This document shows positions 40,374 to 50,777 of a stretch of 54,813 bases of DNA, piece after piece. Both the position numbers and the translations under genes were made by a program. The notes below the pieces were generated by a model, which saw only the letters and a program-made list of their open reading frames with translations, made no database searches and was not told where the DNA came from. Source of the DNA: Ignavibacteriales bacterium (lineage in GTDB: Bacteria > Bacteroidota > Ignavibacteria > UBA10030 > BY39). Each line of letters begins with the position of its first letter. Positions within the stretch are counted from its first letter, which is position 1. Location of the stretch: positions 1 to 54,813 of the forward strand of contig JBBINX010000007.1 in the NCBI GenBank assembly GCA_037443685.1. Direction: 5' to 3'.

Positions 40374-41129
40374 TTATCTCATCCCCAATCCCAATATTGT
40401 AGATAGGGCTATCCATAAAATCCATAAACCGAATGCAACAGCCAAACCGGTTCCTGTTGATTTGTTAGTAATTTTCGAAATTCCATAACCAACGAGGGCA
40501 GTTTGCCAAATTGAGAATATGTTTAAATGAAGGAGCACTGCATGCATTTTATTATTCATGTCTAAAGTGTCGAGCATAAAAATTGCCGGACTCAATGAGG
40601 CATACACCGACTCAAAAGCATAAATCATAAGTATGTTTACAATTATTCCTAAAACTCCTACAAAAGCGGCAAGCCCATATATCTCCAATACCTTTTTATA
40701 TTTTCCAGAAAATTTGAATCCGATTTTTAAAACTAACCACAAAATTAACGCAGCAGCAAAGTATGATATAAGTATCATTACCGATGCTGAAATACCGCCG
40801 TAAGCCAAGAACATTCCTAAGCTCGTATTTTCCATATACTCCATAGTTTTATTGGCTTGCTCTTGAGTCATTTTGCCCTGTTTAACTAATTCCTGCATTT
40901 TACTTGATTGAAGATCGTTGATTTGATTACGGGCAGCGTCGTTATAGAAAATTGCTGTAACATTTATCAATGCAAATATGATCAGCAACACTAACGGGAC
41001 AAACCACGAACTTGTTTTAACAGGATTTACCGCCACCTCTTGGAATAACTCCGTAGGTGTAGTAAATACATTTGCCATGCGGGTTGTTAATGGTGTGATT
41101 TGAAGATTAGGTGATTCTATCTCGGTCAT
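40374..41129 (-). CDS. Yip1 family membrane protein
   Basis: 'VFTTP.ELF' start, 5 TM, 'NIFSIW...L...G'; AGGAGG RBS. Confidence 0.8.
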   Translation of the reverse strand: MTEIESPNLQITPLTTRMANVFTTPTELFQEVAVNPVKTSSWFVPLVLLIIFALINVTAIFYNDAARNQINDLQSSKMQELVKQGKMTQEQANKTMEYMENTSLGMFLAYGGISASVMILISYFAAALILWLVLKIGFKFSGKYKKVLEIYGLAAFVGVLGIIVNILMIYAFESVYASLSPAIFMLDTLDMNNKMHAVLLHLNIFSIWQTALVGYGISKITNKSTGTGLAVAFGLWILWIALSTILGLGMR

Positions 41130-41172
41130 TGTACCTCCTTAGTATTGTTCAACTTTCATTTTGAATTGTGAA

Positions 41173-41201
41173 AAGATAATAATAAATTAAGAAAGTGTCA
41201 A
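41173..41201 (-). promoter_or_regulatory. Putative sigma70 promoter for the Yip1 gene
   Basis: Minus strand TTGACA-17bp-TATCTT. Confidence 0.55.
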
Positions 41202-41274
41202 TAAACAAAAAAAGTTAATCTACCCGCTTCAGAAAAAGTTTAACCATGGACAAATGACAATATGATTGATTTTC

Positions 41275-41303
41275 TTGACTTTTAATAGAATATAGATTAT
41301 ATT
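41275..41303 (+). promoter_or_regulatory. Putative sigma70 promoter for the transglycosylase gene
   Basis: TTGACT-17bp-TATATT. Confidence 0.5.
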
Positions 41304-41374
41304 TAGAGTGTTTTTTTAAGAACATTGTTGTACTACGTTGAACAACAACAGGTTACAGCAATTTGGATTTTATT

Positions 41375-42076
41375 ATGAAAATATATTTTAAAATAGTTCC
41401 TTTCATTATCATTGGAACCTTGTTGATTCCTGTAAAATTATCAAACTCGTATCCTTTTACAGTAAACATTGCTCATGCAACAGAACAAGGAACGGCTGAC
41501 TACCGAGATAACTTATCTGTTAGGATGAGCCAATATCAAAAATTTGTAAAGGACGAGGTTAGCGATGTCCCGAATGCTTTGGGGATAGACTGGCGACTGA
41601 TTATGGCGATAATAAAACAGGAATCGAGATTTGACGAGAATGCTATTAGTAACAAGGGTGCCCAAGGTTTAATGCAACTGATGCCGATAACGCAGAGGGA
41701 GTTTATGAATGACTCTATTAACGGTTTCCATCCTCATCAGAATATTAAAATGGGTATAAGTTATTTCTTAAAATTATATGCATTGTTTGAATTTGCACCA
41801 AAAGAGGATCGTCTCAAGTTGACACTGGCCGCCTACAATGCAGGACCAAGTAGGATTTACGATGCACAAGATATTGCTGCATATTTAGGAGAAAACCCGT
41901 TCTCTTGGCGGGCGATCCAAAACGCACTGCCGCTGCTATCGAAGCGTTACTATACGCTGCACCAGTCAATCTGGGATGGTGGGAAACCCAGAAATGGCTA
42001 CTTTGGTAGCTGGCGGCAGACAGTTTTATACGTTCAAAGCGTTATTAAAAACCACGAAGAATTACTCGTTCAATAA
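41375..42076 (+). CDS. Lytic transglycosylase, stand-alone MltF-like SLT domain
   Basis: 'DWRL..A...QESRF...A.S..GAQGLMQLMP', 'LAAYNAG..RI.DA'. Confidence 0.88.
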   Translation: MKIYFKIVPFIIIGTLLIPVKLSNSYPFTVNIAHATEQGTADYRDNLSVRMSQYQKFVKDEVSDVPNALGIDWRLIMAIIKQESRFDENAISNKGAQGLMQLMPITQREFMNDSINGFHPHQNIKMGISYFLKLYALFEFAPKEDRLKLTLAAYNAGPSRIYDAQDIAAYLGENPFSWRAIQNALPLLSKRYYTLHQSIWDGGKPRNGYFGSWRQTVLYVQSVIKNHEELLVQ

Positions 42077-42172
42077 TATTTTACCAAGTTCTCAGCTTTC
42101 TATTGGCTAAACAAGAAAGCGTTCTGGGATTTTAACTCATCAGTAAGGATAACAATATATTTGGAGGAAATG

Positions 42173-42787
42173 ATGAGTACAGAAGTGAAAATAAAAATTG
42201 CCATTGCAGTAAGTGATAAAATTTATTATAATTTAATAACCGAACTGATTACGGGCAATCCACGTTACCAATTAGTTGGCACTTACAAAAAAACCGCTGA
42301 TATAATGGACAATATCGAATCCGACCAACCAGATATTTTGATAATAGAAAAATATCTCCACGATAAATCTACTTATGATCACATAAATAGAATTATTTCC
42401 TTAAGAGGCCAAATGCGGATACTAATAGTTGCTCAGAATGAAGAATATGAGGATTATTTACAAGGAATCGGGGCTGGTGCATTCGGGTTTGTTCCAAAGT
42501 TAATTGCTCCTGAAAAATTTTTTAAAACGATTGACGATGTTCATGAAAGCGGGGTAGCGATGAATAACCAACTCATCCGAACGATTATTAAAGTGTTAGA
42601 AAAGGCCTCGATCCTTCCTGAAGGAATTCCACTTTCTATGAGGGAGATACAAGTGAAATCTTTACACTTCCAAGGGCTAAATTGTAAAGAAATAGCAGAT
42701 AAATTGTATATAAGTCCCTCTACTGTAAGGACTCATATACGAAATATTAGGATAAAGCTTAAAAAATCCTCGGGAAACAGATCATGA
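42173..42787 (+). CDS. NarL/LuxR-family response regulator with atypical receiver
   Basis: C-terminal HTH 'LSMRE.....GL..KEIADKLYISPSTVRTHIRNI..KL'; receiver-like N-terminus ('GAFGFVPK'). Confidence 0.85.
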   Translation: MSTEVKIKIAIAVSDKIYYNLITELITGNPRYQLVGTYKKTADIMDNIESDQPDILIIEKYLHDKSTYDHINRIISLRGQMRILIVAQNEEYEDYLQGIGAGAFGFVPKLIAPEKFFKTIDDVHESGVAMNNQLIRTIIKVLEKASILPEGIPLSMREIQVKSLHFQGLNCKEIADKLYISPSTVRTHIRNIRIKLKKSSGNRS

Positions 42788-42869
42788 GGGTGTTGCCAAT
42801 TTTGTAACACTCTTACGATGGGAATGAGCCGTGAAAATTTTTGATTAGAAAATTACCTTAAACAAGGTA

Positions 42870-42898
42870 TTGACAAACCAGTTTATATTTTGTATAAT
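42870..42898 (+). promoter_or_regulatory. Perfect sigma70 promoter with no downstream ORF
   Basis: TTGACA (42870-42875), 17-bp spacer, TATAAT (42893-42898). Confidence 0.75.
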
Positions 42899-42904
42899 TG
42901 CACT

Positions 42905-42998
42905 AATTTTATAGAGCCAAAGGTCGTTAATAAATAACAGGCAGTCGCCTCGGGAGGCGGATGAAATGTTAACTAATAGATCTTTGGCTTTGTTAATT
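42905..42998 (+). ncRNA. Candidate rod-shaped small RNA
   Basis: Three nested helices with G-U pairs that work only on the + strand, directly downstream of a consensus promoter. Confidence 0.5.
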
Positions 42999-43544
42999 TT
43001 ACGGCAGAAGTATGGCACAAGATAGGACTGTCGTCCATAAGCCATTCTTATCACCTTCAGCCGATTGGGTAATATTATAAGTTTTAATTATTTTTCCACT
43101 CATTTTGTACGTTTTTTCTCGCTCATCCCATGCATCGTCAGGATTAAATTCAAGACCTAAGGTGGAGGCGAGCATAGTCGCTGCTAAATCTTCGGCATAT
43201 TCGCCTGCTTTCTCATCTGTTTCTCCAAACGGATGATGTTCCGACAGGTAACCATATTGAGTTGAGTCTGCCGGGGTGGCTACACCAATCGAAGCAGCTA
43301 TCAAGCGGTTTGGTTCATTTGTTGAATTCCTTGCCATTACACAAAATGTAATTTGTCCCGGCTGTAATAATCTTGCACCTTCATCAGCTGATATCCTTTT
43401 ACCGCCCGGCGGAAATATACTCGATACCGTTACTAAGTTACATTTTTCAATCTTCGCATCGCGTAATGCAAGCTCAAACGATTGTAAATAATCCTTGTGT
43501 TTACCTACACCTTTTGTAAAAAATATTTTAGTTGGAACATACAA
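42999..43544 (-). CDS. pdaD: Pyruvoyl-dependent arginine decarboxylase
   Basis: '[20 protein letters not shown]' (SS self-cleavage site), 'YGYLSEHH', '[11 protein letters not shown]'. Confidence 0.92.
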   Translation of the reverse strand: MYVPTKIFFTKGVGKHKDYLQSFELALRDAKIEKCNLVTVSSIFPPGGKRISADEGARLLQPGQITFCVMARNSTNEPNRLIAASIGVATPADSTQYGYLSEHHPFGETDEKAGEYAEDLAATMLASTLGLEFNPDDAWDEREKTYKMSGKIIKTYNITQSAEGDKNGLWTTVLSCAILLP

Positions 43545-43591
43545 TTTATCATCTCCTTGCCCCGGTAAAATTAGGGACTGTATAATTATTA

Positions 43592-44806
43592 CTAGTTATT
43601 TTTTTTTGTTACTTTTAAAAATTTTCGTTTACCAATTTTTAATATTAAACTTTCGGTAAGCGATACAACTTGGTTAAGTTCCGAAACTTTGTTCCCGTTG
43701 ATGCTGACCCCGCCCTGTTCAATTAGGCGTCTTGCCTCGCTGCGAGATGTTGCTAATCCGGTATCGCTTAACAATTGTATAATGTCAATCGATTCGTGAT
43801 TGGTTTGCACGAAATATTCTTCAATATCTTCGGGAATGTTTTTCCTTATAAAAATTCTATCGAATTCTTCCTCCGCTTTCTCAGCTGCTTCTTTTGACCA
43901 ATAAATTGTGACTAATTCACGAGCTAACTGCCGTTTTGTATCTCGCGGTTTTAAACTAATTTGATTCTTTATCTTTTTCAAATCTTCTTCAGCAACATTT
44001 GTAGCGAGGAGAAAGTAATCGTATATCAAATTGTCAGGTATTGAAAGAGTCTTGCCGTAGATATCTTTCGGTGATTCAGTTATGCCGATGTAGTTATCGA
44101 GCGACTTGCTCATCTTCTCGACACCATCTGTTCCGACTAATATAGGTAAAGTGATAGCTACCTGTGGCTCTTGTCCATATTCTCTTTGAAGATCTCTTCC
44201 CACCAACAGGTTGAACTTCTGGTCTGTACCACCTAACTCCACGTCTGCCCTTATTGCAACGGAATCCATAGCTTGTGCGAGCGGGTAAAGAAATTCGTGA
44301 ACACTAATTGGTTCACCAGCGCTGTACCGTTTCTCAAAGTCATCTCTTTCTAACATTCGTGCTACCGTGTATTTGCTTGCTAACATAATTACATCGGCAA
44401 AAGTCATCTCACTCAACCATTCGGAATTATACAAAATTTTAACCCTTTTAGTTGATAGTATCTTAGTTGCTTGATCAAAATAGCTCTGGCCATTACGGCG
44501 CGTTTCTTCTATCGTCAATGAAGATCGCGTTTTGCTTTTTCCCGACGGGTCTCCAATCATTCCAGTAAAATCGCCTACAATCAAAATTGCCTCGTGACCT
44601 AAATCTTGAAAATGTCTAAGTTTTCTTAGAACTACAGAATGGCCAAGGTGTAGGGCGGGTCGGTTCGGGTCGCAACCAAGTTTAACGATAAGCGGTATCT
44701 TGGTTTTTATGGACTTTTCTAATTTCTCGACGAGGCTTTCTTCTGGAATTATCTCGGACGAACCTCGCCGGATGAGATCCATTTGTTCATTGATGGGTGG
44801 AAACAA
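43592..44806 (-). CDS. tyrS: Tyrosine--tRNA ligase
   Basis: 'LGCDP...LHLGH', '[10 protein letters not shown]', KMSKS, C-terminal S4 domain. Confidence 0.97.
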   Translation of the reverse strand: MFPPINEQMDLIRRGSSEIIPEESLVEKLEKSIKTKIPLIVKLGCDPNRPALHLGHSVVLRKLRHFQDLGHEAILIVGDFTGMIGDPSGKSKTRSSLTIEETRRNGQSYFDQATKILSTKRVKILYNSEWLSEMTFADVIMLASKYTVARMLERDDFEKRYSAGEPISVHEFLYPLAQAMDSVAIRADVELGGTDQKFNLLVGRDLQREYGQEPQVAITLPILVGTDGVEKMSKSLDNYIGITESPKDIYGKTLSIPDNLIYDYFLLATNVAEEDLKKIKNQISLKPRDTKRQLARELVTIYWSKEAAEKAEEEFDRIFIRKNIPEDIEEYFVQTNHESIDIIQLLSDTGLATSRSEARRLIEQGGVSINGNKVSELNQVVSLTESLILKIGKRKFLKVTKKNN

Positions 44807-44823
44807 TTCTTATTAAATTCTCC

Positions 44824-45300
44824 TTATTTTGCATATTTACGTTTAATGTCACGTTCAACATCACGCTTCGCAATTGCCTCACGTTTATCGAATGTTTTTT
44901 TTCCGCGTGTAACCGCTAACTCAATTTTTACAATATTTTCTTTTAAATAAACCTTTATCGGAATAAGCGTTACGCCTGGTTCTTGAGTCTTTCCCGATAA
45001 TCTTCTTATCTCTTTTCTGTGAAGAAGCAGCTTCCTGTCGCGTCGTGGGTCGTGATTATTTATACTCCCTTGGTCGAACGGGCTTATGTGCATGTTTAAA
45101 AGCCATACTTCACTATTTTTAATAATCGCGTAGCTATCTTGTAAGCTTGCATTTCCTAGTCGTATCGATTTAACCTCAGTTCCTTTTAAAGCAACCCCAA
45201 CTTCGTGAGTTTCTAATATTTGAAAATCGTGGGTCGCTTTTCTGTTTGTTATCAGAATTCTTTCAACATTTTTACCGCTCTTAGCGCCGGGATTATTCAT
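44824..45300 (-). CDS. smpB: SsrA-binding protein SmpB
   Basis: 'NRKA.HDF', 'L.GTEVKSIR', 'RKLLLHRKEI', 'GKK.FDKRE'. Confidence 0.95.
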   Translation of the reverse strand: MNNPGAKSGKNVERILITNRKATHDFQILETHEVGVALKGTEVKSIRLGNASLQDSYAIIKNSEVWLLNMHISPFDQGSINNHDPRRDRKLLLHRKEIRRLSGKTQEPGVTLIPIKVYLKENIVKIELAVTRGKKTFDKREAIAKRDVERDIKRKYAK

Positions 45301-45444
45301 CGTGTCATTTATCTTTTCGGTGGTTATTATAACCATTTTGCCAAATAAAATCAATCAAATTTATAATTTTTTATTTGAGTGGTTTTTTGTATATTCTTTT
45401 GCATCAATAAAAACATAGGATAACAATAATAAATAGAGGATAAA

Positions 45445-46500
45445 ATGAATATAAGAGATATTGAAAAATTTTTAGGTGGAGAAGCCAACGATCTGCTGAA
45501 TCACAAATGCGGAACTGTGCCGAAAGAAAATCTGCACTTGCCGTGTCCTGATTTTGTTGATAAAATTTTTGAACAGTCCGACCGCCCTATTCCTGTGTTA
45601 AAAAGCTTACAAACATTATTCAATCACGGGCGATTAGCTGGAACCGGATACCTCTCAATTTTACCGGTTGATCAGGGAATCGAACATACTGCGGGTGCGT
45701 CGTTTGCTCCAAACCCAATTTACTTTGATCCAGAAAGCATAGTTAAACTTGGAGTAGAAGGCGGCTGCAACGCTGTAGCTTCTACACTCGGTGTATTGGG
45801 TGCTGTGGCGCGAAAGTATGCCCATAAAATACCGTTTATCTTGAAATTCAATCATAATGAATTGCTCACTTATCCAACCAAATACGACCAAATAATTTTT
45901 GCAAATATTAGGCAAGCTTACGAGATGGGAGCTGTGGCGGTTGGTGCAACTATTTATTTTGGCTCGACCGAATCAACTCGTCAAATCCAGGAGGTAAGCA
46001 ATATGTTTCATCAAGCGCACGAGATGGGTATGGCAACAATTCTTTGGTGTTATTTGAGGAACCCTGCCTTTCAAACTACAGAGAAAGATTATCACGTTGC
46101 CGCAGATTTAACCGGACAAGCGAATCATTTGGGTGCTACGATAAACGCTGATATCATAAAACAAAAACTTCCAGAAAACAACGGGGGATTTACCACGTTA
46201 AAATTCAGTAAATCGCACAAGAAAATGTACACCGATTTGTGCACAAACCATCCGATTGACCTTACGCGTTATCAAGTCGTAAATAATTATATGGGACGAA
46301 TTGGATTGATTAATTCGGGTGGTGCTTCAGGAGCAAACGATTATGCCGAGGCCGTACGAACTGCCGTTATCAACAAACGTGCAGGTGGTATGGGGCTAAT
46401 CTCAGGAAGGAAGGCATTCCAGCGCCCGATGAATGAAGGGATTCAAATTCTGAATGCGATCCAAGATGTTTATCTCTGCAAAGATGTAACAGTTGCTTGA
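45445..46500 (+). CDS. fbaB: Class I fructose-bisphosphate aldolase (DhnA/FbaB)
   Basis: '[10 protein letters not shown]', 'GATIYFGS', 'ADIIKQK', 'INSGG', 'LISGRKAFQ'. Confidence 0.96.
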   Translation: MNIRDIEKFLGGEANDLLNHKCGTVPKENLHLPCPDFVDKIFEQSDRPIPVLKSLQTLFNHGRLAGTGYLSILPVDQGIEHTAGASFAPNPIYFDPESIVKLGVEGGCNAVASTLGVLGAVARKYAHKIPFILKFNHNELLTYPTKYDQIIFANIRQAYEMGAVAVGATIYFGSTESTRQIQEVSNMFHQAHEMGMATILWCYLRNPAFQTTEKDYHVAADLTGQANHLGATINADIIKQKLPENNGGFTTLKFSKSHKKMYTDLCTNHPIDLTRYQVVNNYMGRIGLINSGGASGANDYAEAVRTAVINKRAGGMGLISGRKAFQRPMNEGIQILNAIQDVYLCKDVTVA

Positions 46501-46601
46501 TTAGTCCAAACTGTCAGCTTAACCTTTTTGTTAATTATTGTTCATCTCAGAGTCTTTAACAAATTCTTCGCGGCATTTGCGGTAAAAAATTTTTTAGTAA
46601 A

Positions 46602-49037
46602 ATGACAAAATCAATAAAAATCTCTATCGGAATTATCGCAAGTTTACTAATAATTCTCATCGCATTATTTTTTTTCTTCCGTTATTTAGTTGTTAAATCT
46701 TTTCCGGAATACGATAGAACAATTTCGGTAAAAGGGCTGCAAAACACCGTGAAGATATATCGGGATGAGTTTGGAGTTCCGCACATTTTTGCAGAGAATG
46801 AACACGACTTGATGTTTGCTGCAGGTTATGTGCACGCGCAAGATCGGCTCTGGCAGATGGATATAACAAGACGCACAGGCGAGGGACGATTATCGGAAGT
46901 TTTAGGTTATACAACGGTTGATTTTGATAAGTTGTTCCGAACGTTGAACATCTCCGATGTCGTTGGCAGGATTTATGAACATATCCAACCCAAAGTCATT
47001 TCGGCTTTGCAAGCTTACGCTGACGGTATTAACGCATACATCAACGACCACAAGGGAAAGTATCCAATAGAATTTGATATGATCGGTTACGAACCCGAAT
47101 TGTGGACAGTAAAACACAGCTTGCTTCTCTCGCGGTTAATGGCTTGGGATTCAAATATAGCGTGGTGGGTCGATTTAGCTATGGGAAAGTTAGCAGAAAA
47201 AGTCGATATTAAAAAATTGAGCGAGATTTTTCCGAATTATCCAGCTTCCGCACCGACAATTATTGAATTACATCATCATTTACAAGGGAAAAAACCGACA
47301 GATAAAAAATTCTCCGCTTCGGTAACTAATTTTATGAATGTCGTTCAATCTTTTAGAAATTATTTTGGAAACGATGGTTCAGCAATTGGAAGTAATTCGT
47401 GGGTTATTGATTCGACTTTATCGGTAAGTGGCAAACCCATTTTAGCAAACGACCCACATTTGAGTTTGCCAGTTCCTTCAAAATGGTACGAGATGCATCT
47501 ATCGGCGCCCGACTGGGACGTTGCGGGTGTCTCACTACCTGGTTCACCTTTTATTATCATCGGAAGTAACAATCGGATAGCGTGGGGACTAACAAACGGA
47601 ATGATTGACGAAACCGATTTCTATATCGAAAAAATAGATTCTATAAAATCGACTAATTATATCTGCGAAAATAAATCCATACCTATCGCTGTAAGTGAAG
47701 AAACCATCTACATAGGAAAAGACGACAGCGTAGTAATAAATGTTCGCCGAACACACCACGGTCCGATAATCAGCGACATTCATTCTGTTACAAATAATTC
47801 TGCAACAGATGCGAACCAGGGAACTGTATCTATGAGATGGGTTGGGTTTGAAGTTAGCTCGGAACCCTCTGCATTGTATTTAATTAACAAATCACAAAAC
47901 GCGGAGGATTTTGAACGCGGTATCAAAGAGTTCGCTGTTCCGGGACAGAATGTAGTTTATGCAGATGTTGACGGAAATATCGGATATTGGACGGCGGCAA
48001 AAATACCTGTCCGTGGTAAACAGAACCCAACTTTACCACTGCCGGGCTGGTCAACAGAGTTCGAGTGGAAAGGTTTTATCTCGTTTGAAAAACTCCCCAA
48101 ACTTTGGAATCCGAAAGAGGGTTTTATAGCTACAGCAAACAACAAGATTACAGAAAACCAGCCATTCTTTATTTCCAATCTTTACATGCCACCATCCCGC
48201 ATAGAACGGATAAAAGAATTATTAACCAACAACAAAAAATTTTCTGTAGAAGATTTTAAAAATTTTCAATCGGACTATACATCGCCGCACGCTAAAAGTA
48301 TTACGGAAGTATTAATAGAGTCTTGTAAAAATTTTAACGATACAATTACTGCTTTTCAATATTTACAAAACTGGGATTACAAGCACCGTCCCACGGATAT
48401 AGCGTCTGCCATCTTTAACATGTTTTTTGTGAAATTGCTACACAATATTTTCATGGATGAAATGGGAAGCGAGTTGTTGGAAGACTATATATTCTTTTCG
48501 GCGCTTCCAATTATTGCTGTTGACGGGTTGATAAAATCTGCAAATTCAAGCTGGTTTGATGATATTAACACCGAAGAAATTGAAACAAGAGATGATATTT
48601 TCCGAAAAAGTTTTACAGAAGCAATCGACGAACTTGAAAAAAAGTTAGGTCCCGAAATGAAAAATTGGCAATGGGGAAAACTGCACACTGTAACGTTTAC
48701 ACATCCTTTCGGGTCGCGTCCGCCGCTCGATAAAGTTTTTAACATCGGTCCTTTTCCCGTCGGTGGCTCAATGTCAACCATCAATAACGGCGAGTATAAA
48801 TTTAACAAACCGTTTCGCAATCACGTAGGTCCTTCTACCCGGTTAATTATGGACTTATCTCGGTTGTCGGAATATTTTAGTGTTTTACCGACGGGTCAAT
48901 CCGGTCAGCCGCTTCATAAACATTACGACGACCAGACACAATTATGGCTAAACGGTGTTTACAAAACTGTAAAACGTGAAAAGGAATGGATAGAAAATTC
49001 AGCGTGGAATAAACTCGTGTTAGTTCCGCAAAAATAA
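46602..49037 (+). CDS. Penicillin acylase family Ntn-hydrolase
   Basis: 'RDEFGVPHI', 'HAQDRLWQMD', nucleophile 'GSNSW', 'LANDPHL', 'TANN', 'GQSG.P...HY.DQ'. Confidence 0.93.
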   Translation: MTKSIKISIGIIASLLIILIALFFFFRYLVVKSFPEYDRTISVKGLQNTVKIYRDEFGVPHIFAENEHDLMFAAGYVHAQDRLWQMDITRRTGEGRLSEVLGYTTVDFDKLFRTLNISDVVGRIYEHIQPKVISALQAYADGINAYINDHKGKYPIEFDMIGYEPELWTVKHSLLLSRLMAWDSNIAWWVDLAMGKLAEKVDIKKLSEIFPNYPASAPTIIELHHHLQGKKPTDKKFSASVTNFMNVVQSFRNYFGNDGSAIGSNSWVIDSTLSVSGKPILANDPHLSLPVPSKWYEMHLSAPDWDVAGVSLPGSPFIIIGSNNRIAWGLTNGMIDETDFYIEKIDSIKSTNYICENKSIPIAVSEETIYIGKDDSVVINVRRTHHGPIISDIHSVTNNSATDANQGTVSMRWVGFEVSSEPSALYLINKSQNAEDFERGIKEFAVPGQNVVYADVDGNIGYWTAAKIPVRGKQNPTLPLPGWSTEFEWKGFISFEKLPKLWNPKEGFIATANNKITENQPFFISNLYMPPSRIERIKELLTNNKKFSVEDFKNFQSDYTSPHAKSITEVLIESCKNFNDTITAFQYLQNWDYKHRPTDIASAIFNMFFVKLLHNIFMDEMGSELLEDYIFFSALPIIAVDGLIKSANSSWFDDINTEEIETRDDIFRKSFTEAIDELEKKLGPEMKNWQWGKLHTVTFTHPFGSRPPLDKVFNIGPFPVGGSMSTINNGEYKFNKPFRNHVGPSTRLIMDLSRLSEYFSVLPTGQSGQPLHKHYDDQTQLWLNGVYKTVKREKEWIENSAWNKLVLVPQK

Positions 49038-49047
49038 GGAGGTAAAA

Positions 49048-49773
49048 ATGTTTTCAGAAAAATTAATTCAAAAATTAAAGTCAGCTGATTCGGTTGTAGT
49101 ATTAACAGGAGCAGGTATTTCGGCTGAGAGCGGAGTGCCGACGTTCCGAGGAAACGAAGGACTCTGGAAAAAATTCAGACCCGAAGAACTTGCTAACTTC
49201 GATGCTTTTATAAGAAACCCTGAATTAGTTTGGGAATGGTACAAATACCGTAAGCAAATTATTGCAGGAATTAAACCCAACCCCGGTCATTATGCTCTCG
49301 TAGATTTGGAGAAAATTTATAATACATTTACATTAGTTACACAGAATGTTGATAATCTTCATCGCAGGGCAGGGAGTAAAAATGTTTACGAGTTACACGG
49401 TAACATACAGCGCAATTATTGCATCGATTGCAGTAAAGAATATTCAGACGAAATAATTTTTTCCAAAGCGGAGGTTCCACGCTGTGATGTGTGCTTAGGA
49501 TTGATTAGGCCTGGAGTTGTTTGGTTTGGCGAGATGCTTCCCGCAAACGAGTGGAATGCTTCAGAAAAAGCTGCATCGTCTGCCGCTCTCTTTTTTTCTG
49601 TTGGTACTTCCGCAGTTGTTTACCCGGCTGCTTCACTGCCATACATTGCTAAACGGAACGGAGCGTTCGTCGTTGAAGTCAATCCGGAAACTACACCACT
49701 TACCGATATTGCGGATGAATTTTTGATGGGGAAATCTGGCGAAATATTGCCAGCCCTTGTAAATGTTTTTTGA
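49048..49773 (+). CDS. cobB: NAD-dependent protein deacylase (sirtuin)
   Basis: 'TGAGISAESGVPTFRG', 'TQNVDNLH.RAG', 'LHG', CxxC...CxxC, 'RPGVVWFGE', 'GTSAVVYPAA'. Confidence 0.95.
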   Translation: MFSEKLIQKLKSADSVVVLTGAGISAESGVPTFRGNEGLWKKFRPEELANFDAFIRNPELVWEWYKYRKQIIAGIKPNPGHYALVDLEKIYNTFTLVTQNVDNLHRRAGSKNVYELHGNIQRNYCIDCSKEYSDEIIFSKAEVPRCDVCLGLIRPGVVWFGEMLPANEWNASEKAASSAALFFSVGTSAVVYPAASLPYIAKRNGAFVVEVNPETTPLTDIADEFLMGKSGEILPALVNVF

Positions 49774-50173
49774 GATTTTAGAGGTATCATAAAAAAATAA
49801 TAGAATTCATACTCCAACCAGGGTTAACCCAAAAGTGGTGCTTACTATTTTGTTATTCCCATAAAAGTGGGGATCCAATAAACACTGTAATAAAGTTTTC
49901 AGTTATCCATCACAAAAAAAAATTGTTCTAACAAGTAGTATCACCCCAAACTTGGTGAATGGCGCCAAATGCCCCCCACATATTTCAGCATCCCGTTTGG
50001 AGAATAGCGGAAGTGCTTAAGATAACGACAGTAGTGTGTCTCGCATCGGCAATTTTTACCTGATTTGTAAAATTTATTTAATCAATCAGTATTATTTACC
50101 TACCTAAATCAATTGCCAAATATTCACCTGTTAAAAACAGCCAATTACTTCAAATTTTGAAGGAGTTTCCTTA

Positions 50174-50189
50174 TGGCACAACCATTGCA
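50174..50189 (+). promoter_or_regulatory. sigma54 (-24/-12) promoter of the pilin gene
   Basis: TGGCAC-aacca-TTGCA with exact consensus spacing, about 95 bp upstream of the pilin ATG. Confidence 0.75.
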
Positions 50190-50284
50190 GTCCATCCAGC
50201 ATAGAAAATAATAAGGAAAACATTAGTAACACAGTAAGTAACAACAAAACAAACACACAACAAACAAATTAAGGAGATTTAAAA

Positions 50285-50665
50285 ATGGGTCAACAACAAC
50301 TTTTATTAATCATCTTGGGCGTTATCATAGTAGGTATTGCTATCGCTGTCGGTATAACAATGTTTTCAGCAGGCAGTGTTCAATCTTCTAAAGATGCTAT
50401 TATTAACGACCTGAATAACCTTGCTGCAAATGCATACCAATATCGTATCCGTCCTGCCTCAATGGGCGGTGGCGCGGGTCAATATACCGGTTATACTATT
50501 CCAACAAAATTACAACTCACCGAAAACGCTACATATACACATGTTGTAGGTGGACCGGATGCAATTACATTTACAGCAACGCACACTGATTATGGAACAG
50601 TACAAGCCACACTCAATGCAACTGGTCAATTGACTGGTTGGGCATACACGGATGAATTCCAATAA
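50285..50665 (+). CDS. Type IV pilin-like protein 1 (probable major pilin, MGQQQ type)
   Basis: MGQQQ + about 20-aa hydrophobic helix + small globular head; AAGGAG RBS; upstream of pilC/pilB; followed by a terminator. Confidence 0.75.
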   Translation: MGQQQLLLIILGVIIVGIAIAVGITMFSAGSVQSSKDAIINDLNNLAANAYQYRIRPASMGGGAGQYTGYTIPTKLQLTENATYTHVVGGPDAITFTATHTDYGTVQATLNATGQLTGWAYTDEFQ

Positions 50666-50693
50666 CCAAATCTACAGAAACTTTTAGTCCGAT

Positions 50694-50750
50694 GCGCTGC
50701 CAAATGAAATTTTTTCTAACTACTCCTGTATTTGGCAGCGTTTTATTTTA
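50694..50750 (+). terminator. Intra-operon terminator/attenuator after pilin 1
   Basis: GCGCTGCCAAATG / TATTTGGCAGCGT stem, 22-nt loop, followed by a T-rich tail. Confidence 0.65.
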
Positions 50751-50777
50751 TGACGCGAATAACAGAAAGGTTTCTTT

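Noticed and set aside
42905-42998. Identification of the hairpin as SRP (4.5S) RNA, 6S RNA or tmRNA
   Set aside because: No CAGG/GGAA/AGCAG SRP domain IV motif, much shorter than typical 6S, and no tRNA-like ends despite nearby smpB.
42845-43054. 69-aa minus-strand ORF over the candidate sRNA
   Set aside because: It overlaps the pdaD end out of frame with no RBS or motif, and the G-U pattern favours a + strand RNA.
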